Source: an uncultured Candidatus Rokubacteria bacterium (GTDB taxonomy: Bacteria; Methylomirabilota; Methylomirabilia; Rokubacteriales; DASRDR01). Taken from it: a stretch of 64,000 nucleotides of DNA. The position numbers and the translations under genes are program-made. Shown piece after piece: positions 45,626 through 55,395 of this stretch. The stretch is taken from positions 352,001-416,000 of the forward strand of contig CAWGVS010000006.1 of assembly GCA_963826115.1 (NCBI GenBank). Reading direction: 5' to 3'. The stretch's first letter is position 1. Each line of letters begins with the position of its first letter. The notes beneath the pieces were generated by a model, which worked only from the letters and a program-made list of their open reading frames with translations, had not been told where the DNA came from and made no database searches.

Positions 45626-48553
45626 ATGGCGTCACGCCTCCTCGAGGTCGGGGTCGAGGCGGGGATTCTCGCGGTCGTGCTGTTCGCGCCGATCCCGCTC
45701 GGGTCCGTCCTTCCGTGGGCGCAGGCGGGGCTGCAGATCCTCGTCACGCTCACCGTGGGCCTGTGGATCATCCGCATGATGGTCGACGGCCAGGCCGCGG
45801 TGCGGGTGACGCCGCTCCTGTGGCCGGGCGCGGCGATGCTCGCGCTGGTCGGTGCCCAGCTCCTGATCCCGGGCGGTAGCGTCAGCCCGTACTTCACCTG
45901 GGAGAGCTTCCGGCTGCTGGCCGCCTACCTGGCGTTCCTGATGGTCCTGGGCGCGTACCTCGTCACGCCGGGCCGGATCGTCCGCCTGATCTCGATTCTC
46001 GTTGCCTGGGGGGTCCTGTGGGCGGCCTGCGGTCTGGTCAATCGCGCGGCCGGCCACGAGACGGTGCTCTGGCTCGAGAAGACGGCCTATCAGGGTCGCC
46101 TGGTGAGCACCTTCGTGAACGCGAACAACCAGGCGCTCTACTTCGCGGTCCTGCTGTTCCTCGCCCTGGGCATGGTGTTGCGTCCTTCGCGACGCTCGGG
46201 TAATCCCGGCCCCGCCCGGCCGGCGACCGCGGCGACGTCGCTGCGCGGGACGGGGATCGTCGCCCGCATCCTCTTTGGAGGCGCGGCGGTCGTGCTCGCG
46301 GTTGCGCTGGTGCTGACGGCGTCGCGGGGCGGCGTGGCGGCTGCCGCGGCGGGCTTGCTCGTCATGGGCGTGATGGCGCTGGCGGGGCGAGTTCGCAGCC
46401 GCGTGGTGGTGGGGCTCGCCGCGGGTCTCGGCGCCTTTGTCGGGTACATGGCGTGGCTCGGCGCCGACGGCCTGCTAGATCGCCTGGCCATTCTCGCGCG
46501 CGAGCCGTTCGGGGACCTCCGGTGGGAGATCTGGCGGTCGACGCTCCGCATCGCGGCCGAGGCGCCGGTGCTGGGTACCGGGCTCGGTACCTTCGCGGAC
46601 GCGATCATCGCCCACCGGCCGGCCGGGCTGACCGACGCCTTCTACGTCGACTTCGCGCACAACGACTACCTGCAGCTGCTCGCCGAGGGCGGGGTGCTGG
46701 CCCTGCTCATCCTGGGCTGGGCGGCCGTCGGGTGGCTCGTGTTCGTCGTCGGCCGGTGGCGCGATCGTCAGGACGTGTTCGTGCGCGGGCTCGTGATGGG
46801 CGGCGTGGGGGCCGTGGCCACCGTCGCGTTCCACAGCGCCGTGGATTTCGGGCTCCACATGCCGGGCAACGCGCTCCTGGTCGTTGCTGTCCTGGCGCTG
46901 CTGCCTGCGGTGGTGACCCTCCGCGCACATCGCACGGGTCTGCAGGTCGACCTGCGGGAGTGGCGCGGGAAGGTCGCGCCGCGCGGGCGCGTCATCGTCG
47001 CGGTCGTGACCGCCTTGATCGTCGTGACCTTCGGCCTGGGCCTCACGTCGCTCGCGATCGCCGACTGGAAATACCAGCGCGCCAGCCACCTGATCGGCGA
47101 GAAGCGGCGGATCCAGGGGGCGCTCACCATGGCGGATCTCGCCACGGCCGAGCGTGACCTCCGCGGGGCCGCGGGCTTCGACCGCTGGAACCCGCGCATC
47201 CAGACAGAGTGGGCGATTGCCGCCGGGGAGCTTGGCCACCGCGTATGGACCTACGGTCTGGCCCCGGACGGGACTCGCCTGCGGCCTGGTACCGCGCGCG
47301 AACGTCTCGTGGCCAGTCAGGGATTCCTGGGAGCTGCCGACGGGGCCTACGGACGGAGCCTGCGCTCGCAGCCACTGTTTGCGCTCAACCACGAGCGGTT
47401 CGGCTGGTTCCTCGTTCGCCTCGACGGCGTGCGGCGCACCGTGGTCGCCGAGCGGCTCGAGGATGTCCTAGTTCCGGAGATGGTCGCGACGCTCGGGGTG
47501 CCCGAGAGCCTGTTGCCCCGCGCCCTCGAGCACGTGCAGGAGGCGGTTCACCTCGATCCGGCGAGTCCGGCTCGACGGATGAGCCTCGTGTCGCTCGCGC
47601 TGGCGCGAAGCGCCGAGATCCCGGGCGCGCGCGCGATGGTCATCCGGGAGTCGCGCGAGGCAATCCACCTGGATCGCCGGAAGGTGCTGCCGGAGATCGT
47701 CCGCAAGCTGACCGCGCCGGGCGTCGAGCCCGACCTGCTCTGGCACGCCGTCCCGCGGGAGACGGGCACGCTCGTGGAGCTGGCCGGGATCCTCGAGGCC
47801 GAGGGCAAGGTCTCGGCGGCCGGCGTCGCGCTGGAGGACGCGGTGGCGATGGCGACCGAGCCCTCCGAGCAGGTTACGGTGCTGCTGGCGCGATCCCGCT
47901 TCCTGCTGCGCCATGACGGCAAGGCGCTCGCGCTGGCCCAAGCGCGGCAGGCGCTCGCGCTCAAGCCACCGGACGTCGAGGTCTTCGCAGTGCTGGCCGA
48001 GGCCTACGAGGCGAACGGGCGTCTCGACGAGGCCGCCGCCGCGTACAGCTCGGCGCTGGCGGGCACCGGGGACACGGATGTCCGACGGGCCAACCGGTAC
48101 CGGGCGGGGCTCGCGTCGATCCAGGCGCGACGCGGGGACCAGGCCGGCGCGCTGGCCTTGCGGCGCCAGGCGGTCGACGCCATGCCGAACGACCCCTGGG
48201 CGCGCCTCGAGCTGGCGCGGCTACTCGAGGCCAGGCAGGACCTGGCGGAGAGCCTCCGGGAGTACGAGTCTGCCCGCGTGCTCGGACAGGGAGAGTGGAT
48301 CGTCCAGATCAGCGCTGCCGAGGCCTTCATCCGCAACGGGATGCTGCGGGAAGCCACCGCGCCCACGTTGCGGGCGGTCCAGCTGAATCCGGGCGCGGAC
48401 GACCTGCGCGTCCGACTCGGGGACCTCTACGCCCGGATCGGCATGCCGGACGAGGCCAAGGAGCAGTACCGCCAGGTCCTGGCCCGGCAGCCCGCGCATC
48501 AGGCGGCCAGCCGCGGGCTGCGATCCGTCATGGGCCTCTCGGACCCCGGCTAG
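45626..48553 (+). CDS. O-antigen ligase/O-oligosaccharyltransferase-family membrane protein with C-terminal TPRs
   Basis: TFVNAN, TASRGG, PVLGTGLGTF, FAHNDYLQLLAEGG, HSAVDFGLHMPGN; long TPR-like helical C-terminus. Confidence 0.85.
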   Translation: MASRLLEVGVEAGILAVVLFAPIPLGSVLPWAQAGLQILVTLTVGLWIIRMMVDGQAAVRVTPLLWPGAAMLALVGAQLLIPGGSVSPYFTWESFRLLAAYLAFLMVLGAYLVTPGRIVRLISILVAWGVLWAACGLVNRAAGHETVLWLEKTAYQGRLVSTFVNANNQALYFAVLLFLALGMVLRPSRRSGNPGPARPATAATSLRGTGIVARILFGGAAVVLAVALVLTASRGGVAAAAAGLLVMGVMALAGRVRSRVVVGLAAGLGAFVGYMAWLGADGLLDRLAILAREPFGDLRWEIWRSTLRIAAEAPVLGTGLGTFADAIIAHRPAGLTDAFYVDFAHNDYLQLLAEGGVLALLILGWAAVGWLVFVVGRWRDRQDVFVRGLVMGGVGAVATVAFHSAVDFGLHMPGNALLVVAVLALLPAVVTLRAHRTGLQVDLREWRGKVAPRGRVIVAVVTALIVVTFGLGLTSLAIADWKYQRASHLIGEKRRIQGALTMADLATAERDLRGAAGFDRWNPRIQTEWAIAAGELGHRVWTYGLAPDGTRLRPGTARERLVASQGFLGAADGAYGRSLRSQPLFALNHERFGWFLVRLDGVRRTVVAERLEDVLVPEMVATLGVPESLLPRALEHVQEAVHLDPASPARRMSLVSLALARSAEIPGARAMVIRESREAIHLDRRKVLPEIVRKLTAPGVEPDLLWHAVPRETGTLVELAGILEAEGKVSAAGVALEDAVAMATEPSEQVTVLLARSRFLLRHDGKALALAQARQALALKPPDVEVFAVLAEAYEANGRLDEAAAAYSSALAGTGDTDVRRANRYRAGLASIQARRGDQAGALALRRQAVDAMPNDPWARLELARLLEARQDLAESLREYESARVLGQGEWIVQISAAEAFIRNGMLREATAPTLRAVQLNPGADDLRVRLGDLYARIGMPDEAKEQYRQVLARQPAHQAASRGLRSVMGLSDPG

Positions 48554-48564
48554 CACAGGTGTCG

Positions 48565-50301
48565 ATGATGGCAACCAGACCCGGGTTGTGGGGCATCGAG
48601 ACGGAGGCGCAGCAGCTTGCGTCGCTGATCGCTCGCACGCTGCCCGTGACCGTGGCGAGCGTGGCCCTGTGGGACGAACCGAGCCTGAGCCTGACGGTGA
48701 AGGCGATGGAGACGGTGCGACCGGTCGGCGGATCGCTGCCGGTCGGGGCCCGCGTGCAGCTTGCGGACGCTGCGTGGCACCGCCACGCCTTCGAGCACAA
48801 CGAGCCCGTCCTGCTGGAGGGGACAGGTGCCTCCGGACTCGCGGTCGAGCGCGAGTCGGAGCTCGCGCTCATCCCCCACGTCCAGTCGATGTACCTGGTG
48901 CCGATCCGGTTCGCAGACGAGACCGTAGGGGTGCTGGTGCTGGGGGAGGCCCGGGGGACGGATCGCGAGCGCTTCTCCAGCGAGAAGCAGCGGCAGTGCC
49001 AGACGATCCTCGACGAGTTCGTGGTGCAGACCGCGCACGCCTGGGAGGCCCGGCGGCTCCGTCGGCAGGTGCGGGCGATGTCCTCCCTGATGCAGCTCGT
49101 CCGCGGGGTCTCGACTGCGACCTCCTATGATGACCTGCTCGGCAGCTTGGCCGCCGAGGTGGCCGACTGGCTGGGCATCCCGGTCCGCGGTGCGCTGCTT
49201 GGCGTGATGGGCAAGGAGATCCATCTTCTGGCGGGCTGGCAGCTGCCCGATGAGATCCTGAGCGACGGCGGCCGGCAGATGTTCCTGGCGATGACGCGGA
49301 GTGGTGCACGGGGCTCGGGTCCCGTTACCCTGGCGATCGCCGGTGACGACCCCCTGGATCCGATCGCGTCGTGCGAGCCTGCGGCCAAGCGCTGGACGCG
49401 AGTCGGCGTTCCGCTCATGCGAGACGATGAGTTGGTCGGTGTGGTCTGTCTCTACCTGGAGGACGAGATCCGCCTCGCGGACTGGGAGCTCGAGGCGCTG
49501 CGACGACGGGGCGAGATCCTGGCGCTCGGCCTGGAGTCGATCGCGGCGGCGCACAGCCGGCAGGCCGAGCAGGAGCAGCTTCACCGCGTCGCCTTCGATC
49601 TGCTCACCGGTTATCGCTGCGCCCTCCTTCGGGAGGTGTTCGGCAGCATGACCCGCACGCTTGCGGGCTCGCTCGAGCGGCGGCTTCGCGAAGCGCTTCC
49701 CGGGCTCGTCGAGCAGGGCCAGGGGGCGGCGACTGGCCAGGCCGACCATGGCGACCTCGTCACGACGATCGTAGCCGACATGTCGGCAGCGGTGTCCGAG
49801 CTGTGGGAGCTGGAAGACACCGCCCAGTCGGTGACCATGTCGCTCGACGTGAACGACATCGTGGACCGGGCGCTGCGCATCGTGAAGACCAGTCTCGAGG
49901 ACCTGTCGCGACGTCGCGGCGTGACGGTCGTCGTTCGCCGTGATCCGGCCGGGCAGCCGGTCGTGGTGCGGGGGTCCTTGGTCCTGGTCGGCGCCCTCGT
50001 CCACGCGATCGAGAGCGCGGTAGAGGCGATGTCCGACGGGGGCGAGGTGCAGATCCGCACGGGCCGGGAGAACGGCCATGCGGTCATCTCCGTAGAGGAC
50101 ACGGGCGGCCAGACCCTCCGGGAACCCGACTCCGCGCCCCTCGCGCGCCTCTCCGTCAGGCACCCGAGCGTCGTCCTGTCCCTGGTGCGGTCGATCGTGC
50201 ACCCCTTCGGGGGTCGGGTGGCGCTGCAGCCGCTCGAGGCCTCCGGCAGCGCGCTGGTGCTCCACCTGCCGATCCTGTCTTCCGGCGGGACCAAGGACTG
50301 A
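48565..50301 (+). CDS. GAF-domain protein with degenerate histidine-kinase ATPase domain (pseudokinase)
   Basis: GAF motifs LVPIRF..ETVGVLVL and VPLMRDDELVGVV; HATPase remnant LDVNDIV...ISVEDTG; no recognisable H-box, N-box Asn or G2 box. Confidence 0.7.
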   Translation: MMATRPGLWGIETEAQQLASLIARTLPVTVASVALWDEPSLSLTVKAMETVRPVGGSLPVGARVQLADAAWHRHAFEHNEPVLLEGTGASGLAVERESELALIPHVQSMYLVPIRFADETVGVLVLGEARGTDRERFSSEKQRQCQTILDEFVVQTAHAWEARRLRRQVRAMSSLMQLVRGVSTATSYDDLLGSLAAEVADWLGIPVRGALLGVMGKEIHLLAGWQLPDEILSDGGRQMFLAMTRSGARGSGPVTLAIAGDDPLDPIASCEPAAKRWTRVGVPLMRDDELVGVVCLYLEDEIRLADWELEALRRRGEILALGLESIAAAHSRQAEQEQLHRVAFDLLTGYRCALLREVFGSMTRTLAGSLERRLREALPGLVEQGQGAATGQADHGDLVTTIVADMSAAVSELWELEDTAQSVTMSLDVNDIVDRALRIVKTSLEDLSRRRGVTVVVRRDPAGQPVVVRGSLVLVGALVHAIESAVEAMSDGGEVQIRTGRENGHAVISVEDTGGQTLREPDSAPLARLSVRHPSVVLSLVRSIVHPFGGRVALQPLEASGSALVLHLPILSSGGTKD

Positions 50302-50303
50302 CG

Positions 50304-51713
50304 ATGTACGGCTTTCAGAGCCAGCACCGGCGCCGGATCGAGATGCTGATCGACGCGTGTCTCACGATCCTGGCGTTCGTCTCGGCGTACGGCCTGCGGG
50401 GCATGTTCGGGACCTTGCCGCCGGCTCCTCTGGCCCACCTGGCGCTCCTGCCCGTCATCGTCCCGATATGGGGATTCCTCCTGATCTTTTTCCGCGCCTA
50501 CCGGAGCCCGGGTGAGGCGTCGATCGTCGATCTGTTCCTCGCCACCGTCCGGGCCGTCGCCGCGGGACTGGTGCTGTTGCTGGCCCTGGTCTTCCTACTG
50601 CGGGCCCACGAGGTCAGCCGGTCTATCGTAGTCACGTTCGGCATTCTCGACTGTCTCGCGCTCTTGGTCGTGCGCCTGGCCCGCGTCTGGAGATTCCGGT
50701 GGGCTCTCGAGCGCGGTGAGAAGCATCGTCGGGTCCTCATCGTGGGGACGGGGAATCGCGCGGAGCGGCTGGCCGGCAAGCTCGTGCAGACCTCGAACTG
50801 GGGCATCGACATCGTGGGGTTCCTCGACACGGACCCCTCGGTCGTCGGGAAGATGATCCGCGGCGCCCCGGTGCTCGGGACCCTCGACGACGTCACCGCC
50901 GTCCTGCGAGACCAGGTGGTCGACGAGGTCGTCCTGGCGATCCCGCGCGGCATGATCGGCGTCGCGGAGAAGGTCGTGCTGGCCTGCGAGGAAGAGGGCG
51001 TCCGGGTCCGGCTCATGGCCGATCTGTTCGAGATCAACGTCGCCCGGATGGTGCTGGACGAGTTCGACGACCTGCCGCTGCTGACCTTCGAGCCCGTCGC
51101 CCAGGAGGAGTGGAAGCTCCTGCTGAAGCGGGTGACCGACCTGGGGCTGACGCTGCTGTCGATGCCCGTCGTCCTCCCGATCGTCGCGGCCGTCGCCGTC
51201 GCGATCAAGTGGGACTCGCCGGGCCCGGTCTTCTTCAAGCAGCTGCGGGTGGGCCAGAACAAGCGCCGGTTCACCCTGTACAAGTTCCGCACGATGGCCG
51301 AGGGCAGTGAGCAGCGGCAGGGCGAATTCGAGCACCTCAACGAGGCCCAGGGGCCGATCTTCAAGATCACCAACGACCCCCGGGTCACGCGGGTGGGCCG
51401 CTTCCTGCGGCGGACGAGCCTAGACGAGGTGCCGCAGCTCTTCAACGTCATCTACGGCGAGATGAGCTTGGTGGGGCCACGTCCGATGTCGGTGCGCGAC
51501 GTGAACCTCTTCGATCGCGGCATCCAGCGGAAGCGCTTTAGCGTGAAGCCCGGCCTGACCTGCCTCTGGCAGGTGTCAGGGCGCAGCAACCTGCCCTTCG
51601 AGAAGTGGCTGGAGCTGGATCTCTGGTACATCGAGCACTGGTCCATGCTCCTGGATCTGAAGATCCTGCTCCGGACGATCCCCGCCGTTTTCCGCGGCAC
51701 CGGGGCGATGTAG
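50304..51713 (+). CDS. Priming glycosyltransferase (undecaprenyl-phosphate sugar-1-P transferase, WcaJ/CpsE-like)
   Basis: VLIVGTG, KFRTM, DPRVTRVGRFLRRTSLDEVPQL.NV..GEMSLVGPRP, KPGLT..WQV.GR. Confidence 0.93.
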   Translation: MYGFQSQHRRRIEMLIDACLTILAFVSAYGLRGMFGTLPPAPLAHLALLPVIVPIWGFLLIFFRAYRSPGEASIVDLFLATVRAVAAGLVLLLALVFLLRAHEVSRSIVVTFGILDCLALLVVRLARVWRFRWALERGEKHRRVLIVGTGNRAERLAGKLVQTSNWGIDIVGFLDTDPSVVGKMIRGAPVLGTLDDVTAVLRDQVVDEVVLAIPRGMIGVAEKVVLACEEEGVRVRLMADLFEINVARMVLDEFDDLPLLTFEPVAQEEWKLLLKRVTDLGLTLLSMPVVLPIVAAVAVAIKWDSPGPVFFKQLRVGQNKRRFTLYKFRTMAEGSEQRQGEFEHLNEAQGPIFKITNDPRVTRVGRFLRRTSLDEVPQLFNVIYGEMSLVGPRPMSVRDVNLFDRGIQRKRFSVKPGLTCLWQVSGRSNLPFEKWLELDLWYIEHWSMLLDLKILLRTIPAVFRGTGAM

Positions 51714-51715
51714 CC

Positions 51716-52846
51716 GTGCGCATCGCGATCGTCCACGACTACCTGAACCAGCGCGGGGGGGCGGAGCGCGTGGTGGCGGCGTTCCACGAGATGTTCCCCG
51801 AGGCGCCGATCTTCACTAGCGTGCTGGACCGGTCAGCGCTCTGGCCCGAGCTCCGGTCGGCGGACATTCGGGTGTCCTGGATGCAGCGCCTGCCAGGCCT
51901 CCGGCGGCACTTCAAGAAGTACCTCCTCCTGTACCCCCTGGTGTTCGAGCGGCTCGACCTGAGCGGGTACGACCTGGTGCTGTCGTCGAGCTCGGCCTAC
52001 GCGAAGGGGACGAAGGCGCCCCGCGGCGGCGCTCACGTCTGCTACTGCCACACGCCCGCTCGGTTCATCTGGAACTACGAGCAGTACGTTGCGCACGAGG
52101 ATCTCGGGCTGGCCGTTCGGACCCTGCTGCCGTTCGGTATCCGGTTCCTGCGGGGATGGGATCTCCGGACCGCGAACCGACCCACCGCGTACGTGGCGAA
52201 CTCCCGCGTTGTGGCCGATCGGATCGGTCGGTTCTACAAACGGAACGCGACGGTCGTGCCGCCTCCGGTGGATGTGGCGCGCTTCCGAGGCGTCATGGCC
52301 GAGCCTGGCGACTACTACCTGGTTGTGTCGAGGCTCAACGCCTACAAGCGCATCGACCTGGCGGTAGAGGCCTTCAACCGGCTCCGGCTACCCCTGGTCA
52401 TCGCGGGCGACGGGCCACGCGGCCCCGCGCTCAGACGCATGGCGGGACCCACGATCCGGTTCCTGGGGCACGTTGACGAGCGCGAGCTGCTGACGCTCAT
52501 GGCGGGCTGCCGGGCCCTCATCTTCCCGGGCGAGGAGGACTTCGGGATCACTGTCGTCGAGGCGAACGCGGCCGGCCGGCCTGTCGTGGCCTACCTGGGC
52601 GGCGGGGCCCTCGACACCGTCGACCCGGGTGTGACCGGGGTGTTCTTCTCCGAGCCCTCGCCCGAGAGCCTAGCGGACGCGGTGCTCCGCAGCGCCCAGA
52701 TCCCCTGGGACTCGAGCGCCATCCGGCAGCACGCCTCGCGGTTCGACGGGGTGGCCTTCCGGCAGCGCATGGACGCCGTCCTCGCCCCTTTCATGCCGCG
52801 TCCCGCGGCCGGGCGCGCGGCCGACCGGGCGTCCGCGACGCGCTAG
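51716..52846 (+). CDS. Glycosyltransferase family 4 (mannosyltransferase-like)
   Basis: IAIVHDYL..RGGAERV, CYCHTPAR, EEDFGI..VEA. Confidence 0.9.
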   Translation: MRIAIVHDYLNQRGGAERVVAAFHEMFPEAPIFTSVLDRSALWPELRSADIRVSWMQRLPGLRRHFKKYLLLYPLVFERLDLSGYDLVLSSSSAYAKGTKAPRGGAHVCYCHTPARFIWNYEQYVAHEDLGLAVRTLLPFGIRFLRGWDLRTANRPTAYVANSRVVADRIGRFYKRNATVVPPPVDVARFRGVMAEPGDYYLVVSRLNAYKRIDLAVEAFNRLRLPLVIAGDGPRGPALRRMAGPTIRFLGHVDERELLTLMAGCRALIFPGEEDFGITVVEANAAGRPVVAYLGGGALDTVDPGVTGVFFSEPSPESLADAVLRSAQIPWDSSAIRQHASRFDGVAFRQRMDAVLAPFMPRPAAGRAADRASATR

Positions 52847-52866
52847 GGCGGCACTCCCTGCCTCAG

Positions 52867-53928
52867 ATGCTCGAGCGTATCCGTCCGCCTCGCGATGGCT
52901 CGCGCGACGCGGCGCCGGCACTGCCGGCTGCGCGGCGGGCCGCCAGGCTGCAGATCTCCGTCCTGGTCCCGACCTATCGTCGCCCGACGGACCTGCGCCG
53001 GTGTCTCGACGCGCTGGCCGCGCAGTCGAGACGGCCCGACCAGTTGGTCGTGGTCGTCCGCGACGTCGACGCGGAGTCGCACGAGGTGGTCGAGTCGTTC
53101 CGACTGCGCGCGAAAGACCTCAACGTCCAGGTCGCGACGGTTAGCCACCCCGGGATCCTGCCCGCCATGAACACCGGCTTAGCCGCGATGTCTGGCGACG
53201 TGCTCTGCTTCACCGACGACGACGCGGAGCCATTTCCGGACTGGCTGGAGCGCATCGAGCGGTGGTACGAGGATCCGTCGATCGCAGGTGTCGGCGGGCG
53301 GGACCTGAATGTGCTCGCGCCGCAGACGCTGACCCAGTCTTGCCGCGTGGTGGGCCGATGGACCTGGTACGGGCGAGTCGAGGGAAACCACCACCTCGCG
53401 CTCGAGCCGGCGCGGCCGGTCGATGTCTTCGTCCTGAAGGGCGTGAACATGTCGTACCGCGCGAGCGTCTTCGAGGGATTCCGGCTGGACGAGCGGCTGG
53501 CCACCTTCGCGACGAGCGAGTACGAGTTTGACGCCGGGTCATTCGCACGCCGCAACGGTGGCCGGCTCGTCTACGACCCCCAGGTTCTGGTGCGCCACTA
53601 CACCAGCCCCCGGGCGGAGTGGGGGCGGGAGGACCTCGTCCGGTTCTACGACCACTCCCACAACCTGACGTACGTGATGCTGAAGCAGCTCCCGCTGGGC
53701 CGCCGGCTGATCTTCCTTTTCTACATGTTCCTCGTCGGCCAGCGGGCGTCGTGGGGCCTGGTCACCATCCTCCACCAGGCCGTGGTCCGGCGGCGCCTCG
53801 TACCGTGGGCCGAGATCCAGCAGTCAATGTCCGGGAAGATCGACGCCATCCGCACGTATCTCGCCTGGCGGCGGGAGCAGCGCGCCCGGCCCCCGCGAGA
53901 CTCTGGCGGACGGTCCTCGATCGGCTGA
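52867..53928 (+). CDS. Glycosyltransferase family 2
   Basis: VLVPTYRR, FTDDD, LKGVNMSYR. Confidence 0.88.
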   Translation: MLERIRPPRDGSRDAAPALPAARRAARLQISVLVPTYRRPTDLRRCLDALAAQSRRPDQLVVVVRDVDAESHEVVESFRLRAKDLNVQVATVSHPGILPAMNTGLAAMSGDVLCFTDDDAEPFPDWLERIERWYEDPSIAGVGGRDLNVLAPQTLTQSCRVVGRWTWYGRVEGNHHLALEPARPVDVFVLKGVNMSYRASVFEGFRLDERLATFATSEYEFDAGSFARRNGGRLVYDPQVLVRHYTSPRAEWGREDLVRFYDHSHNLTYVMLKQLPLGRRLIFLFYMFLVGQRASWGLVTILHQAVVRRRLVPWAEIQQSMSGKIDAIRTYLAWRREQRARPPRDSGGRSSIG

Positions 53929-53960
53929 CGGGCGCCCGCTGGCCTCGACACCGACCACAC

Positions 53961-55322
53961 ATGAGCTCCAACGAGAAGCCCGAGCGGCCCGCGCGCGCGT
54001 TCCGGCGGCGACTCACTGGGAGCCGGCTCGAGTGGCTCCCCGAGGGGTTCGCTCAGGGGGCCGCGGTGCTGCTGGGCGGCCGGGCGGGGTTCCATGCGCT
54101 GGGCCTACTGAGCGGCGTCTTCCTGGCCCGCGGCCTGGGACCGGACGGCCGGGGCTCGTACGTCGCGGTGCTGCTCTGGCCGATCTTCCTGGGGGGGCTC
54201 GCGACTCTCGCCGTCCAGCGATCCGCTCTCTACCTCAGGGCCCGTCATCCCGAGTACGAGCGCGACCTGGCCGCGACGGGCGTGTGGGTGGCACTGCTGG
54301 CGGGTGGCGGGCTGGTGCTGGCCGGGGAGTTGTGCCTCCCGTGGCTCCTGCAGGGGCACCCGGACTGGGTGTTCCACCTCGCTCGCATCGGGCTCCTGGT
54401 GGCGCCAGTGATGACTCTGACCGACGTGCTGATGAGCCTGTTCGACGGTGCCCGGGAGTACCGGCTGCTGACCGCGTTCCGGATCGGCCCCCTGCTCTGC
54501 CAGGTGGTGGGGTTCGGCGTGCTGCTCCTGTTTCACGCCCTGACTGTGACGACCGCGGTCTGGCTGTGGATCGTCATCACCGTGGTGTTCTGCGGTATCC
54601 AGTACCTGGTGGTAGCCAGGCGCTCCGGCGTGGTCATGTGGCCGCGGCCGGCAGTGGTCCGGGAGAGCCGCCGGTACGCGGTTCGGTCCTACCCGACCTT
54701 CATCGCCGATCTCGCCGCGTCCTTCCTGGACCAGCTCTACCTGGTGCCTATCCTGTCGGCCACGGACATGGGCCTGTACGTAATCGCCACACGATCGGCC
54801 ATTATCGTCGACGTGCCGGTGGCCATCGCTCAGCTCCTGTTCACGTTCGTGGCGCGGATGTCGCCGGCGCAGGGCATCGGACTGGCGCAGCGAGTCGCGA
54901 TGATCGGCGTGGTGGTCACGGCCGTCCTGGGAGGCGCGCTGTTCGTCGCCTCTGGGCCGTTGATCCTCTTCCTCTACGGCCACGCGTTCGAGGGCGCGAT
55001 CGCGCCGTTCCGGATCTTGGTGGTCGGGGCGTTCGCGATCGGCGTGCGGAAGATCCTCGCCGAGGGCCTGAGCGGGATGGGGAAGCCGCAGTACGGTGGC
55101 GCAGGGCAGGTGATGGCGCTGGTGGCGATGACGGCGCTGCTTTGGACCCTGGTGCCGCGGGGTGGCATTCTCGGAGCGGTGTGGGCGGTCGCCATATCGC
55201 AGTGGGTGAACCTGGCGGTGACCGGCTTCCTGTTCTGGCGAGAGCGGCAGCGCGTGATCAGGGCCAGTTCGATCGATCGGCTCGAGGGCGAGGCCCAGGC
55301 GTCGCATCGGGGGCGCCCGTGA
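53961..55322 (+). CDS. Wzx-type oligosaccharide flippase
   Basis: LARGLGPDGRGSY, MGLYVIA, LFLYGHAF; 12 or more TM segments. Confidence 0.85.
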   Translation: MSSNEKPERPARAFRRRLTGSRLEWLPEGFAQGAAVLLGGRAGFHALGLLSGVFLARGLGPDGRGSYVAVLLWPIFLGGLATLAVQRSALYLRARHPEYERDLAATGVWVALLAGGGLVLAGELCLPWLLQGHPDWVFHLARIGLLVAPVMTLTDVLMSLFDGAREYRLLTAFRIGPLLCQVVGFGVLLLFHALTVTTAVWLWIVITVVFCGIQYLVVARRSGVVMWPRPAVVRESRRYAVRSYPTFIADLAASFLDQLYLVPILSATDMGLYVIATRSAIIVDVPVAIAQLLFTFVARMSPAQGIGLAQRVAMIGVVVTAVLGGALFVASGPLILFLYGHAFEGAIAPFRILVVGAFAIGVRKILAEGLSGMGKPQYGGAGQVMALVAMTALLWTLVPRGGILGAVWAVAISQWVNLAVTGFLFWRERQRVIRASSIDRLEGEAQASHRGRP

Positions 55323-55395
55323 GAACGCGGAGGGCGGGGCGGGTGGATTGCGGGCGACCCGGCGTGATCCGGGTCGCGGGAGAGAGGCGTAGTCT

